From Paraspadella gotoi (lineage: Eukaryota > Animalia > Chaetognatha): a DNA stretch of 64,000 nt. Below are positions 29,003 through 42,959 of the stretch, piece after piece. Numbering within the stretch: the stretch's first letter is position 1; each line of letters begins with the position of its first letter. The translations under genes and the position numbers were made by a program. The notes beneath the pieces are model-generated. The model ran no database searches. It was given only the letters and a program-made list of their open reading frames with translations, and was not told the DNA's origin. Location of the stretch: assembly GCA_051294375.1 (NCBI GenBank), contig CM119264.1, positions 18,144,321-18,208,320 on the forward strand, in the 5' to 3' direction.

Positions 29003-29692
29003 CAAAATCAGATGCGACTTTAAAAGTCGCTATATTCGAGTCATGCGTGGCTCTCAGCACGGCGTCTTTGTAACCGGGCACGGCGAAGCTAGAAAGTAAC
29101 AAGAAGCGCGCGCAACCGCCTCGCCGCTCGGCGACGATATAAAAACCTAAATGACGTTCTGTCGCGCTCTACTCACGCTCGTTCACACCGCTCTCCTCGT
29201 TTACAAAACAAAAACACAAAAGACAAAAAGAAAAAAACGCGAGAGAAAGAGAACGAGAAGAAAAAATAGAAAGAAAGTGTGGTACAAATAAAAAGGAAAG
29301 GGGGAGGGAAGAGAGAGAAAGAGAGAGAATGTGATTTTCGATTTTAATCGAAAAATGATCGAAAATGTGACAATGAGAATCGTTACATGAGATGTGATAA
29401 ATACAATATGAAGCGTATCATATATGAATATAATATATAGGAAGTATATGTATATTGTAATTTCATAAGTACTTATTATATATAGGTATATAAGTCTGCG
29501 AAAAAAATTATATAAATATATAAAATAGAATTATAACCTGTGCATCGATGTAGATGTGAGAGAGGTAAGAAAGACCCGAAAAATAAGTAGACGAGAAGAG
29601 TTTTTAAAAAAGTGATCTTAAAGCGTAATGAATATAAATTGAAGCTTATGAGAGCCGGAGTTGGAGAGTTCCGCTGTCGACTCGGAGTCCGG

Positions 29693-29739
<47 letters not shown>

Positions 29740-32294
29740 AGAAGAGAGAGGAGAAGAGAGAGAGAGAGGCACGACCGGATGGAAAAAGAGAGGAATCGAC
29801 ATTGACCCCAATTCGAAGCGTAACGAAATCATTAACGCTTCCAGCCGGATCTCCTCTCTAATTGAGCTCCTCTCTATTCTTTTCTTTTCTTCGCTATCGA
29901 GGGTCTCATTGTCAGTCACACATCTCTCTCATCTACGTTCTCTTCAGTCTCCTCTGACTCTCTTGCTCTCTTGCTGCTATCAGGCAGATTCTCGTGGTAG
30001 CTCTGATTCATCTCTCTCATCCTCATTCATCTCCACTTTCTCTCGTCTCCATTTTTCTTTTTATTATATTCTCGATTCGCACTTATCTCTCTATCACTTT
30101 TTCTTTTCTTTCTCTCTCCCTTTTTATCGTTTCCCGGGCTTAGTGCTTTCCTCCAGATCCTTGGTCTCGGCATTCGTAATTACGGAAAAATTTAAAGTAA
30201 GAAAAAGCTTAACAAGATTTTCCCTCAATAAAGTATTAAAAAAAACGAGTGATGGTGTGAGCGGAGAAGAATAAAGAGCTCTCTCTCTCTCTCTCTTTCT
30301 TTCTTTTTCTTTCCTTGCTTTCTCCCTCCAAAATTCAAGACACGACCCTACTTGCGCGCCTCGAGACCCTTTGCGTATGATTTATTCATAGTTGATGAAC
30401 AGATGAACAACGTTCTCCTCCCATTTTCTTTCCCTTGGGCGTAATGCGCGTAACAAAAACAACAAAGCCGATGACGACGATAACGACGCCACAGGCGACG
30501 ACAACGAGACGACGACGACAATGAAGACGAAGTCTTGGAACAGGTGGACGCGAAAGCACAGGAACATAAAAGAAGATTAGAAAAAAGATATTTTCTTTAC
30601 TTTTTTAATCTTTGAGACACAACCAAAGTAAAATTCCCGGGTGAAGATTTTTATAGCGAAAACCATAACGAAGTATCACTATCGATAAAAAAAAGCATTT
30701 TAGAACACGAAATGTTGCTGTAGGTTTAACCAAACTATAAATGAAAAAAATTAAAATGAAAGTAAAAAACCAAAAAAATGTTAAAAGCCTCTTTATGCCG
30801 CCATGAAGTGAACGAACCAGCAACGTGATCATCCAGTGCAGCTCGAGAATGGAGAAAGAAGATAATTTTTCGCGATACATGGAATGTATCCTTTGAGCTT
30901 AGTTCGCCTTACTGGTGGTCTTGGCTTAGTTTGTTGAGGACCCACCTATGACTGGCAAATTAGATTTAATTTTAAATAAGCGACGTAGAATTGTCTGAAA
31001 AGAAAGAACAGGAAATAGTAATCAACTTTTCGTTACTTCGCGTAAAACCGCTTCCCGTTTAAAATCCGCTCGCAAGATGGCTCACTTTGGAGGTGCAATT
31101 TGCATAGGAAGTAACGCCGCTACCGTATCGCCGCAGCCGCTGTCGACCGCGGTTGCCTCCGCCGCCGCCGCCACATGCTGCCGCCGACGGCGTCGCCGAC
31201 GCCGCAAAATGACTCGGAGAGATGAAAATTTTATACACCATTTGAGGTGAGGCACTCCGAGGTCTTCATCATAACAAGAGCCTAAGGGGACGATCGACGA
31301 GGGTGAGTTAGGGCTGAGTCAGTTAGGGTGGGGTAAAACTGGGGCGGGGGGGGAGATGAGAAAGAGGGAAAGTGAAGGAGGGTGCATTCTGCGGAGAGGT
31401 AGAGAGATGGGGAAATTAAAAAAGAGAGAAGAGAGACGAAATGAGAGAAGGGAGAGAAGCAAAAATAAGTTAAGGAGCCGAATAGCAATAGCAACAGGGA
31501 ACAGCGGAAATGAGACTGATAAAGAAAGGGTGATGGCTAACGCAGCTATGTTGGATACGTTGTCATTAGAGATAGGATGGAGGAATTGCCCGGGGAGAGA
31601 GGTTGAAGGCATTGCCCGGAGAGAGAAGCTGGGGGCGTGGAATGGCAATTCGCTCGCGTCGTTGACGTTTGGGAAAAGAAGGCAGTTTGAGACGAAATGG
31701 CGGCAATGCGGAGATATTGGCGAACAGAGGCGCCGATGTTCGGAGGCGCGAAATTCGAAAATTACGGAGGAGGATGAGGATGAGGATGAGGCTGAGGATG
31801 AGGAGAAATTCTGGGAATTCGCATCGCGCTATGGCCAATTGGCCATGGGGCGGAGAAATGGAAGGGAGAAAACTCCTCATTTGTATCGTTGAGAGATTCT
31901 TGCGACTTTGTCTTCCAACGTATTCGCCAAAAGCATCCTTCCTTCGAGCAGCATTTTCGGTTCTTATTCGGAAATGATGCGGCCGGTATTTCTCAGAATT
32001 GGCGCCACAGAACCCCTCATTGTTTCCCGGGCGACGCCGTTTGAAAAGATGGCGTTGAAACTCGGCATCTTGGAGAAGACGCCAGCCCCAGTTCCAGTTC
32101 CAATACAACTTCATCACCGCGCCATCTCCTCCTGAGACGGTCCCCTCACCCGTACCACATTCATCTTTCGCTTATCCTTACTGCTCTCTCATCCCTCTAC
32201 TCTTCTCCTCTCATCTCATCTCTCTCTCTTCTCTCTCTCTCTTCTCTTCCTCTCTCTCTCTCTCTCTCTCTTCTTCTCTCTTTCTCTTTCTCTC

Positions 32295-32355
<61 letters not shown>

Positions 32356-32419
32356 TTCGCGTATTCAACCGAATCAACAGTAAATTTTCGTTAATAGACT
32401 TTTTAAATTGTGCGTTAAA

Positions 32420-32635
32420 TTCGTTCGTTCGTTCGTTCGTCGTTCGTTCGTTCGTTCGTATCGTTCGTTTTTTCGTTCGTTCTTTTTCGTCGTCGTTTTT
32501 TCGTTCGTTCGTTTTTTCGTTCGTTCGTTTTCGTCGTTCGTTTTTTCGTTCGTTCGTTTTGTTCTTCGTTTCGTTTTTTTTCGTCGTTCGTTTTTTTCGT
32601 TCGTTCGTTCGTCTTCGTCTCGTTCGTTCGTTCGT
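32420..32635. repeat. Degenerate (TTCG)n microsatellite
   Basis: ttcgttcgttcg interspersed with T runs. Confidence 0.9.
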
Positions 32636-32868
32636 ACGTGGTTCTTTCCATCCCTCCTTCAGAGAATCTCTTCTGCCAAAGCGACTGATGATGACAAGAA
32701 GATGACGAAGAAGACGACAACGACGACGGCGTTTCTTCTTATGGCTCGGCGCCAGTGAGCGACCTTCGCTCAATTAAAGACTTTGCGCGCGCGAGCAAGC
32801 GAGAGAGAGAGAGAGAGAGAGAGAGAAGAAGAGAGAGAGAGAGAGAGAGAGAGAAGAGAGACGAGAGA

Positions 32869-32904
<36 letters not shown>

Positions 32905-33761
32905 TAGGACCTTCTCTTTCAACTCCCTCTCTTCTCTTTAATTTCTTCTCTCTCTGCCTCTCTCTCCCTCTCTCTCCCCTGGGCGTCCCAAGGACGTCCG
33001 GGGTCAATGGGAGCCATTGCCATCGGCGCGTCGTTGGAGACGGTCGGCAGAAGCGAGGTCGGTGGCGGAGGCGGTGGAGGCGGTGGAGAGACGATAGAAG
33101 TAGGAGAGAAGGTGGCCAAAGGGAAATCGTTATCATTACCACAAATGCACGGAATTTTAAAGTCGAAATTTCCCGAAGGACAATGAGATCAAAACTTTTT
33201 AAAATAACCAGAGGCAGAGTTAACAAACTAAAAACGAAAAAAAAAAGGAATTAGAATTCGTTTTAAAAAAAAAAATGAACAATGAATGAACCAAAAAGTG
33301 AATTAAAAACCTAAACAGAAAGTCAGTTACTCAATTTAGGCGGCCAGGCAAAGTGGGGCAAACATGGAAAGGATGACGTTTGATGATAACCGGAGAAAAC
33401 TCGAGTTTGGCGTGGATTCTTAAGTTAATATCGGATCATATCCTCTGAGTCGGCGATGCCGTCGGAAGATCTCGCTTTAAATATAATCGATGGTCGACGT
33501 CCTTTTCGTCCCCAAAAGTTTCTCGTCGGCGTAAACTTACTTTTAAAGTTAAGTAAATCCATTCCGCTTTATTCACATGAAATTGAATTTTGAGAGGTGG
33601 ATTGATTTCGTCTTGACTTCCGAAGGGACGATTGTCTTTTTCTCCTCCGTTTTCGCTTCTCGTCACTTTTTTTGCCTCTTTGCCGCTTTGCTACTTCCGA
33701 TGCCATGCCGCTTTGGACACCGCCCAATCTATTCTCAGTTTCTCCCTTCTTACTCTCTCTC

Positions 33762-33800
<39 letters not shown>

Positions 33801-33941
33801 TCTCTCTCTCTCCTCTCTCTCTTCTCTCTCTCTCTCTATCTGTCTCTGTATTTCTCGCCTGTCAAGAGGGTGACCGCCATCTTTAATCTGAAAAGCTTCT
33901 TTCGCCAAAAAAGTAGTCTCTCCCATCTGTAAAAACTCATT

Positions 33942-34031
<90 letters not shown>

Positions 34032-35020
34032 GTTTCCTTCGTCAACACGATCCCCATATATCGATTTTTTTTTGTCTCACCTCCGAATCTGCGGCGTTCC
34101 ATCGAGGCAAAACCTAATAACGGTTTCCTTTCCGGTGAACAGCGAATATATAGTCCCGAGGTTGACGGGTTTTGGCGGAAAAAGTCGAGCGTTCGTCTAT
34201 CGGGAGTTTGATACGGTTGGGTCTTCGGGCGATTTGCCCGTGACTTTCGACGTGGTCTAGTGAGCTTTCTCTAAAGACTGCTTGTTAAACTAAGAATCCG
34301 TGATTATCTTTTCTCTCACCTTGTGATTGATGTGATTATTTTTGAGTTTTCTGTAGCAACTAAGTTTAAATAAAAAGCAATAATAGTGAGTAGTATTTTT
34401 AAGCGTCTTTCTAAAAAAATTTTGGTGAGTAAACAACTCGCTTTAGGTTTACTTTTTTTTTCTTTTTTTTTCAAGATTTAGTTAGGTTCGCAGGGAATTG
34501 ACGGGATTAGCGGCCGAAGGAAAAAGTCTTGTCGTTCGCTTCAGACTTGATCGTCTAACCTCTGGGGTTTTTCCTCCTTTCACTTCCCTTCACACGAACA
34601 CGAAAATTCCTTCGTCACCCCTTCTCACTGCGGTGCGATCAACCACCTCACCTTCACACTCTCCCCTTTCTTTTTTCTTTTTTTTTTCGTTTTAATCTTG
34701 TTCACCAACGAAATTTTCTTTCTTTTTAGCCTTTCTTTCCGGATAACTTGGCTCGGTTCCTTCTCTTTTTTCTTTATTAGAATTTTTTAAAAAAATATTT
34801 CACTCACCTGCCTTACATTTTTACTTCTTTCTTTTATACTTTCCCTCAATTTCGCGTTCAACTCACACTAACTTTTTTCTCTTCTCTCTTTACTACTCCG
34901 TTACCTCCACTCCTTGTTTTCCCATAACCACCAGCCTGAGCTAAAAGGGAAAAAAATTTCACCCCGGGTCAAGCTAATCCAATCAAATTCGCACAGGTTG
35001 GTCAGTTTTTCAATTTTTTA

Positions 35021-35072
<52 letters not shown>

Positions 35073-35689
35073 ATCGCTGCTCGTCTCCTCTTCTCTCTCT
35101 CTCTCTCTCTCCTCTCTCGCTCAATTCCCCTTCCCCCCTTTCTCGGGACTACTTTTTTTTCTTTATTTTGGCTCATGTGTTTCGGCCTCTGACCTTTTGG
35201 CTCCCAGACTTTCGCTCGCTGCCGTCGCGAGTTTTTCGCCGTCGATGGCCTGGCAGGGGTGGCAGAGGCTAAAAGGCGCAAGTGAAGGCCTGACAAGGAT
35301 ACCAGATCCAGTGGAATGTGAGAAAAGCCTGTAGTTGAATGTGAATTGTTGACGGGAAAAATTGTGAAAGGAGATCGAATAAAAAGAAAAAAAACAATCT
35401 GGTGTGCTTTAGTGACTTCAATTCTTATTCTTGGTTCTTACGACAAGCGCTTGGAGGCAGACAATCAACCATGATAAACCGACCGCGAAAGCTCTCACTA
35501 TTCGATTTGTATCGTAATAAATATTGACAAAAAACAAAAAAGGCGGAGTCGATGAATCAGATTAGTTTTCGAATCAGTCATTGTGACTTGTCCCATTTCG
35601 CCTACAACTTAATGATTGAGCAGCAATACAATATTTTACCTGATAAAGAATATTCATCGCAAATTGTATTAATCGGTCACCAGCAAGCT

Positions 35690-37095
35690 TCATTGAATGA
35701 CGCAAGATCTTTCCTTGCAATGGCAGCAACCCTTCTTCTTCTCCTGCGGTTCCTCCAAAATCTTCTTCAGGTCCAAATTTTCTCCTCTGGCCGCCGCGTC
35801 AGCTCGCCCGATCTCGATCGTGCGCAAAATCTCGCACTCTGTAATTGAGAAAATTGTAAATGAATTAATTGACTGACCGACCGATCAATTCACTGTCTAG
35901 CAGGAAGGCCGCAAGAAAATAAACAGTATAGTTTACCATATTCTTTAGCAATTTTTATTTGTATCACGTCCGAGAAGAATTTTTTTTAATAATTCCATCA
36001 TAAACGGTAAAGCTAACCGCACTAAATAAAGAATCCTGAAGATGTTTTAGCCCGTTGTGGAGGGAGGCTGTTGGGAGGGTAGTGGAGTCGAAAGAAGGGA
36101 GGGAGGGGGAAGAAGTCGCTCTCTGTTTTAATATTCATGAATCCCGACAGGCGACGAAAATTAACCCCGAAATCCGTCGCCCTTTTCCGCCGGGAGACGC
36201 CATCAATTATTAATCGCGCTTCTCCGCGAGAGGGGAATGGAGGAAGGGATGTGGAGGAGGGGAAGGAGAAGAGGGAAGGGAGGAAGGGATGTGGAGGAGG
36301 GGAAGGAGAAGAGGGAGGAAGAGAAAAATCTGAGAAGGAAAAGGGGGGGGAGGGAAAATAGAAGAAAGAAGAGGGCGGAGAAAGAGTCAAAAAAGCTATA
36401 GACGGAGAGAAATGAAGGAAAAATTGAATTTATGGTCGTAGAAGATTGATGTAAAGAGGATGAGAGGAAAGTGAGAGGACAAAGTATTTACAATTGCAAA
36501 CGTTAAATTAATTTATTAAATCATTAAATTACGACGATTCCCGGAAGGCTTTCTTAAATCGTTACTTTTTGACAGAAACATCAAATGAGATGGAAGAAAA
36601 AGTAAAGACTGAAGGATTTTTTTTCTCTCGGTGGGTTGTCAGTTGTCAAAAAAATTTACTTTACGCAAAAATAATAATATTAATTATTTTTAAAGAATTA
36701 ACTGCTGAAAACGAGGCAACTAAGCGGTTTAGTGGATTCCTGGGCAATTGAGTTGAAACTTCGACGCAATTGGTGATGTTTCGAGGTGGGTGAGGGGGGG
36801 GTATTGAGGAGCTGGGAGAAAAGAGAATTAACGGGAAGCGAACGTTTGAACAAGGTAGACGAAACGAAGGCAACGTCGAACCAGAAATTTAATTAAGCCG
36901 CCGATATTCGTTTAATATTAAAATTAACTCGGCTCCGGAATTTAATTTTTTTTTTTTCGACTTTTTTTTTCGCTTTTATCGATTTTTCACGAGTTTTAAA
37001 TCTCAACGTCGTGAGTAAACAGAACGAGACTTGAATGCAGTTATTGGAAAGTTCAAGATGCAGGTTCTAAAATATTCCGATCTTTGATTTATAAT

Positions 37096-37184
<89 letters not shown>

Positions 37185-37608
37185 CTCTCACCCTGCATTC
37201 TCTTCAAATGCTTCATCTCATTCCCCGTTTCGGCTTCGCCCTCGACGATTTCGTGTTCCTGCGGCGCCGCGTTGAACTGCTTCCGGCGCGCGCTGCTGTT
37301 GACGCTCGGGTTATCGATCTTCGGCCACCAGACGCCGGGATGCACGCCGGATTTGCGGCAGACCACGATGTAGCGCCACCTGATCGACGTGGAGAGTGAC
37401 GATTCATAAAACTATCTCGACTATATACGTCATGGTTCAAATATATCTGAGTCGAATCTTGCCTGTTGAGGACCGACGTCATTAGATTTCGATATTCCAT
37501 TGTGGATCCTTGCAACTTCAAGTTGAACTGCAGAGTCTGCGCTTTGGATTTTTGGCGGTGCAAGGCTTCGCGAATTAGCTCCGCCGTGCTGAACGTCTTG
37601 CTTCGCTC
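35690..37608 (-). CDS. Uncharacterised spliced protein (3' exons) with C-terminal polybasic, Cys-rich CaaX prenylation tail
   Basis: Exons (minus) 37608-37463, 37379-37192 and 35838-35690 join in phase (2, then 1) with no internal stop. Peptide: ERSKTFSTAELIREALHRQKSKAQTLQFNLKLQGSTMEYRNLMTSVLNRWRYIVVCRKSGVHPGVWWPKIDNPSVNSSARRKQFNAAPQEHEIVEGEAETGNEMKHLKRMQECEILRTIEIGRADAAARGENLDLKKILEEPQEKKKGCCHCKERSCVIQ*. Codons are GC3-rich like the neighbouring genes. A candidate further exon starts at 38303. Start codon not located. Confidence 0.72.
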
Positions 37609-38423
37609 CTGTCGGGGTGACTCTATTACTCTATTACCCTAAATACTATGGCTCTTGGGAGGAACTTATTTCCAGAAATGAATTATTAATTTTCTCAACC
37701 AAGCATTCTTTTCCCCTCTCACCTCGTTTTCTCTCTTGTCCGCTTCCAACAATTTCTCTCTCATCTCTTCTTCATTCTTGTTCTCGAATTCGAACAAATG
37801 CGGAGCCTCAACCGGCGCGCCCTAATCAAATCAATCGAATCGGCCAATCAATCAATTCCATCAATTAATCAATGCGTACATTATTTAATAAAACAGTCAG
37901 TCTTGTAATAGTAGTCAATCAGTATATCGTTGGTGATTTATTCAATTATTTTTAAATTTTTTTAATTAATAGATTTATGAGACTGTAATCTTACTGTGAC
38001 ATTGTGAAAAGATAGTCCAGATTGTCCACAACCCATTCATTTAAATTAAAAGGAAATAAATTAAAAAAAAGAGAGAAAAAAAAATACGAAATTGAAAAAA
38101 AATGTTGAAAACTTTAGTAAAGGATTAATTTAAATACGAAATCAATGACTATTTTTTCTTTTTTACTTATTGAGTAGAGCATAAGTGTCACGAAACGAGT
38201 AATGAACTTGTCTCAGTGGACCTCTCCTCGTCCGTTGACCCGTCAGGCTGTTACTGGGTGACGCCGTCGTCCACTCGCCTCGTCTTGACGATGTATTGTA
38301 ATCCTGAAGGAAAAAGCTGCGGAAAAGGAAGACGATTTTATTTTACGTGATATTCCTCAAATCGTCAATCTACATTAGATTTCTCTTTGCCTCCCGCCCC
38401 CTTCTCCCTCCCCCCCCAAACAG

Positions 38424-38819
38424 GTTCAAACACAACAAAAACGTGATCATCGACGTTCGCATCAACGACAAGATCGACATCATCTGCCCGCGATACGAGC
38501 AGCACCGGCCCAAGCAGCACATCCTCGCTGAACTGGCAGGGATTCCCAAGATCGCCAAAGCGGAGAAGATCCACGAGACTCATCACGAAATCTCAGAGTT
38601 CCACCAGGTCCGCGGGGATGTGGGGAAGTTGGGGGAAGAAGAAAATGGATTAAGATGCACCATTGAAAGTCGAAAGTTCTTGATCTTTAGGTTGAGAAGT
38701 GTTAGATGCACAAGAGAAATTATCATAATGACGCTAGGTTTACAAAATTGATAGTATATCGAAAATAACTAATTATAATTAAATTAATGGACCAGAAAGC
38801 TAAATAGCCTTTAATTCTT

Positions 38820-38891
<72 letters not shown>

Positions 38892-41800
38892 CTCAATAGT
38901 ATTAGTAATGAGCTTAACATAAAAAAACTAGCTAACGATTGAGAAAAAGTGTACAAAAAATGAAAAAAATTATTAACACAGTTCATTTTTTGTGTCTCAA
39001 AAGATATTTAGTGAATCAGTTTTTACTCCGTCCCAGGTCACTCGCGAGGAATACGAGTCTTGCCGGATCTCGAAAGACAACAAAGGAATGACGCGCTGGA
39101 TCTTTAATTGTGATAAACCCAAGCGGCTGAACAAATACACCATAAGCTTCAGAGAGTATTCTCCACACCCGAATGGCCTTCAGTTCAAAGCCGGACAAGA
39201 TTACTACTACGTCTGTGAGTATTTGACTTATTGATATCTTTTTTGAATTACCTTTATTAGGAGAAGGACGTTGGGTCATGGTCATAATCTTAACTGTTGC
39301 GAAATTATGTCAAGAAAACGTCGTTGTAAAATTTTTTAAAAGTTACGATTTTAGTACTATATTTTAAGATATTTTAGTGTTGTTTGGATTCTTACTTTTT
39401 TTTGCGAATGAGTTTAGAAAAATTAAGATTAAATTTTTTTTGATACAAAATTTTTGAAATGTTTCTAAAATAAAAATGAAGGCTATGCGGCGACAACAAC
39501 AATAACAACAACAACAATAATACCAACAACAACAACAACAATAACACCAACAACAACAATAACAACAACAACAACAACCGCGACAAGGAAACTGACATTA
39601 TCGCCCATATAAAAACACAAAATTTCGTAAACAATTAAAATTTAATCTTGGTTTTCTAGCTATTTTAGTAATTATCGACTCATCAATCATTATATTACTT
39701 TACTGAAGAGTGAACAATCGAATCGAATCCCGCTTCCGTTATTCATTCACATGAATGAGAAACCGTCTCGTAAATAACTCATCAACGGTCGACCGATTCG
39801 CATGAACTTACCATCTCTTTTTCTTTTCCGATTAATCCCATTTCTCCTTTTTATTAACCCATCGATCGTCCCATCTCGCGTCAGCCACTTCGACGGGGCT
39901 GAAAAAAGGGCTGAAGAACAAGAACGGCGGGCTCTGCGCCCGCGGCAATTTGCGGGTTATGTTTCGCGTCTGCTGCAAGGAAGAAATACGTGAGTAGAAC
40001 CATCGCCTTTTTTTCCCACTTTTCTCGGCCAAATACACATTCTCCACCGATGCCTGTCATTCTTCTCGGAGGCCTTCTTCTCCTCGGAAGAAGAAAAAAG
40101 AAAAAAAAAACAAAGACTGTCTGAACCTTAAACGTTCACAACATGTTGAAAAGAAAATTTATGTTACGTGTGTCTCATGTAGATAAGAGGTGGTCGAAAG
40201 GAAACTTACGGAATCGTTTCGTTCGATCATCTCTTTTTTAGATTATTTGTTTTACAAAATTTATTACACATTCCTAAAAGCGACAGTTGGCTACTCGTTT
40301 ATCGGGAAAAGTTTTTTTGATCGTTTAAAACTATAATAAAAAAGCTTAAATTCATTCCTTTTTCAAGGAAAAAAAATTTTCGAACTATTTTGTGACGAGA
40401 AAAGAAAAACTATCCGAGCAGCCTAAGAAAATAGTTTGTTTCCAAAAAAATGTCATTTGCTTGCATTTTGCATCAAAGCTTCGATGTTGTCCGTCAAATA
40501 TTCAAGCGACGCATGTAGTTTGAAAAAAAGTTGTCTTTTCGATGTCGTGCTTGGGGATGTATATCCCCAGCGTTGTGAAAAGATTAACCAATACCTTCTT
40601 GAAACCAGATGTAATCTTTGATATAGTGCAGATAGCATGGTCTCTACATGCTAAAAACTTGGAAACGCAAAACTGAATGCAAAAAAAACCTGTAAAAATT
40701 AAATAACAGTTAACTCTCTAATAATCTAAAACAACTTTTTCTAAAAATTCGTGTTTGTAGAATGGTCCACACTAAACACAAGGCTACATGGTAATCGAAA
40801 TCCAACCCGCAACTTGTATAATATTTTAGGTAAAGTTTTACGCTATGCGGTATGATACCATATGTCTACCTTTTGAGCCCAATTCGAACCGGTCTTCGAT
40901 GTAATTAGATCGAATATTCCTGACTGCTTGATTGTTGGCCTCAAAAGTTAGGCTTTGTAAAATTATTTCTAATATGCAAATTACTCAATGTGACTTTTGC
41001 ACGTCAACCCCCAAAACAAGAAGTTACAAATCAATTTATTTGTGTTTAATCTGATTTAAACTGTCATGATTTTCGTTTATACACCAATTAAACTTTCCCA
41101 CAAAATATTTTGTATATTAAGCGCACCGATGACACAAAAACTATTGAGATTCCTTGTCACGACTTACAATTTTTGAACACTGTAATGGACCTATGTTATA
41201 ACGTTTTGAATCTGATCTGATCTGATTTATTTATTCATTAATATCGTTCCTAATCATTGCTAAGAACCCGGCTTACGTTAAATTTTGGGACTGATTCAGT
41301 AATCAGAAACGCCAAAAATTGTAAAGCTAAATGGCTTTTTCTACTAATAATTCGATTAAAGCTTAATCTCTCTTTCTACAATTAAAACATGTACCGAATT
41401 AACTCGACATTACCTTTTTTTAAATTATTTTTCTTACCGCGTAATACGTTTCAATAATTTGATTTTAATTTTTCCTTCATTTCAATCAGCGCCTTCGGAT
41501 CCCTCCACCAACGCCGTGGAAACGTACGGACCGGAAGGCGGCCACATCATCATCCCGGGTATCGGGGAGATCGACGGCGGCTACAGAGGTTAAAATTAAT
41601 TGTTTAGTATTGTGGAACATTTTATTATTTTTATTACATAGCTACAATTTAATAATTCCAGGACACCATCGAAACAAAGGCCATGACGGAAAACAGAATC
41701 ATTTTCGTCACAAACATCGAAATTCAGGACGAAACGCTCATCGAGACGACGGTGAGACAGGGATTGAATAACATAAATAAAACAAAAAAATAGTAATACT

Positions 41801-42118
41801 TTATAATCTCATACATAGAAACTATGTCCAATCTTAAAGACCCCCCCCCAAAAAAAAACCAAGACCCTACTAAAATTTATAACTCGTGCCGTTGCATCTG
41901 TCGTCTCTTCCCTCGCAGATGTGGAGATGAAAGTGGAGAAAGCGGAGAAAAACCCATGGACTCCCGTCGTCAAAGCGATAGTCAACTCGGACTATGCAGG
42001 CGTCAACGCAGCCTCGAACCTTCGATTTCCGCGATGCGCATTTGTTTTTCTTCTATTCTTGTTTTATATCGTCAATTCGCTCGTAGAAGGCAGTCCAGCT
42101 TTGGCCCTCCCGCTATAA
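38424..42118 (+). CDS. Ephrin (Eph receptor ligand), probably GPI-anchored; partial, first (signal-peptide) exon not located
   Basis: Exons 38424-38607, 39037-39214, 39885-39989, 41490-41588, 41662-41751, 41919-42118, all GT-AG with consistent phases. Receptor-binding-domain motifs: VRINDKIDIICP, VTREEYESC, WIFNCDKP, KYTISFREYSPHPNGLQFKAGQDYYYVSTSTG, GGLC..NLRVMFRVCC. The C-terminus has small residues (NAAS) followed by a hydrophobic stretch and no ephrin-B-type cytoplasmic tail. Confidence 0.92.
39493..39577. repeat. (AAC)n microsatellite in ephrin intron
   Basis: Imperfect aac run. Confidence 0.9.
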
Positions 42119-42188
42119 AACGAACAAAAGCCTTCCTCACCTTTGAATATAACAGTACTTAAATTCCCTTTCCTGTCCCTTTCTCTTT

Positions 42189-42267
<79 letters not shown>

Positions 42268-42913
42268 CCTCCAATTTCGGTTTTAAAAAAATTCCCCAAG
42301 ATAAGGCATTCATAACTTTTTGCTTCAGTTTCACTACTTGTCGACAAACAAATCAACCTTGTAACTTGAACCATAAGTTTCCTCACATTTAGTTCTGAAC
42401 TATGGACGGAAAAATACAATATCTTTGTCTCTTTTAACTCTCTCTTCCTATCTTAATTTCTTTTTGGTTTTTTTTGGTTGTTGGTTTGTTTTCTTTCTGC
42501 CCATATTTCTTCCTAAAATAAATACGATAAAATTAAATGGGTTCAGGATTAAGTATGAGAAAACCGTAGTTCTCTGAAATTTTGCTCAGTAGAGTTTAGA
42601 ACATTTGTTTCTTTAATTTACTTTTTAATACGTACATAAAACCTTTTCCCGAAAACCAATAGTTCTTTCAGACGTTGCTTTAAAAAAAATTAAAACGTAT
42701 GAACTATTTTTCGGGAAAAAATATTTTGCCCTCCCTCAATTATTAAATCAGGAATTTACTCAAACAAAACCCATCTATAGATTATTCCTATGGTTACAAT
42801 CGATTATTATAACTTGAACAATTTTTTAATCGCACAGAAAAAAATGTTAAAAAAACCAATTGAACAAAAATTTTTAATTTTTCAATCGCACCAAGTATAG
42901 CAAACAAAGCATA

Positions 42914-42959
<46 letters not shown>

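Noticed and set aside
29138-29144. TATAAAA as the ephrin promoter
   Set aside because: No downstream signal-peptide exon could be identified to link it.
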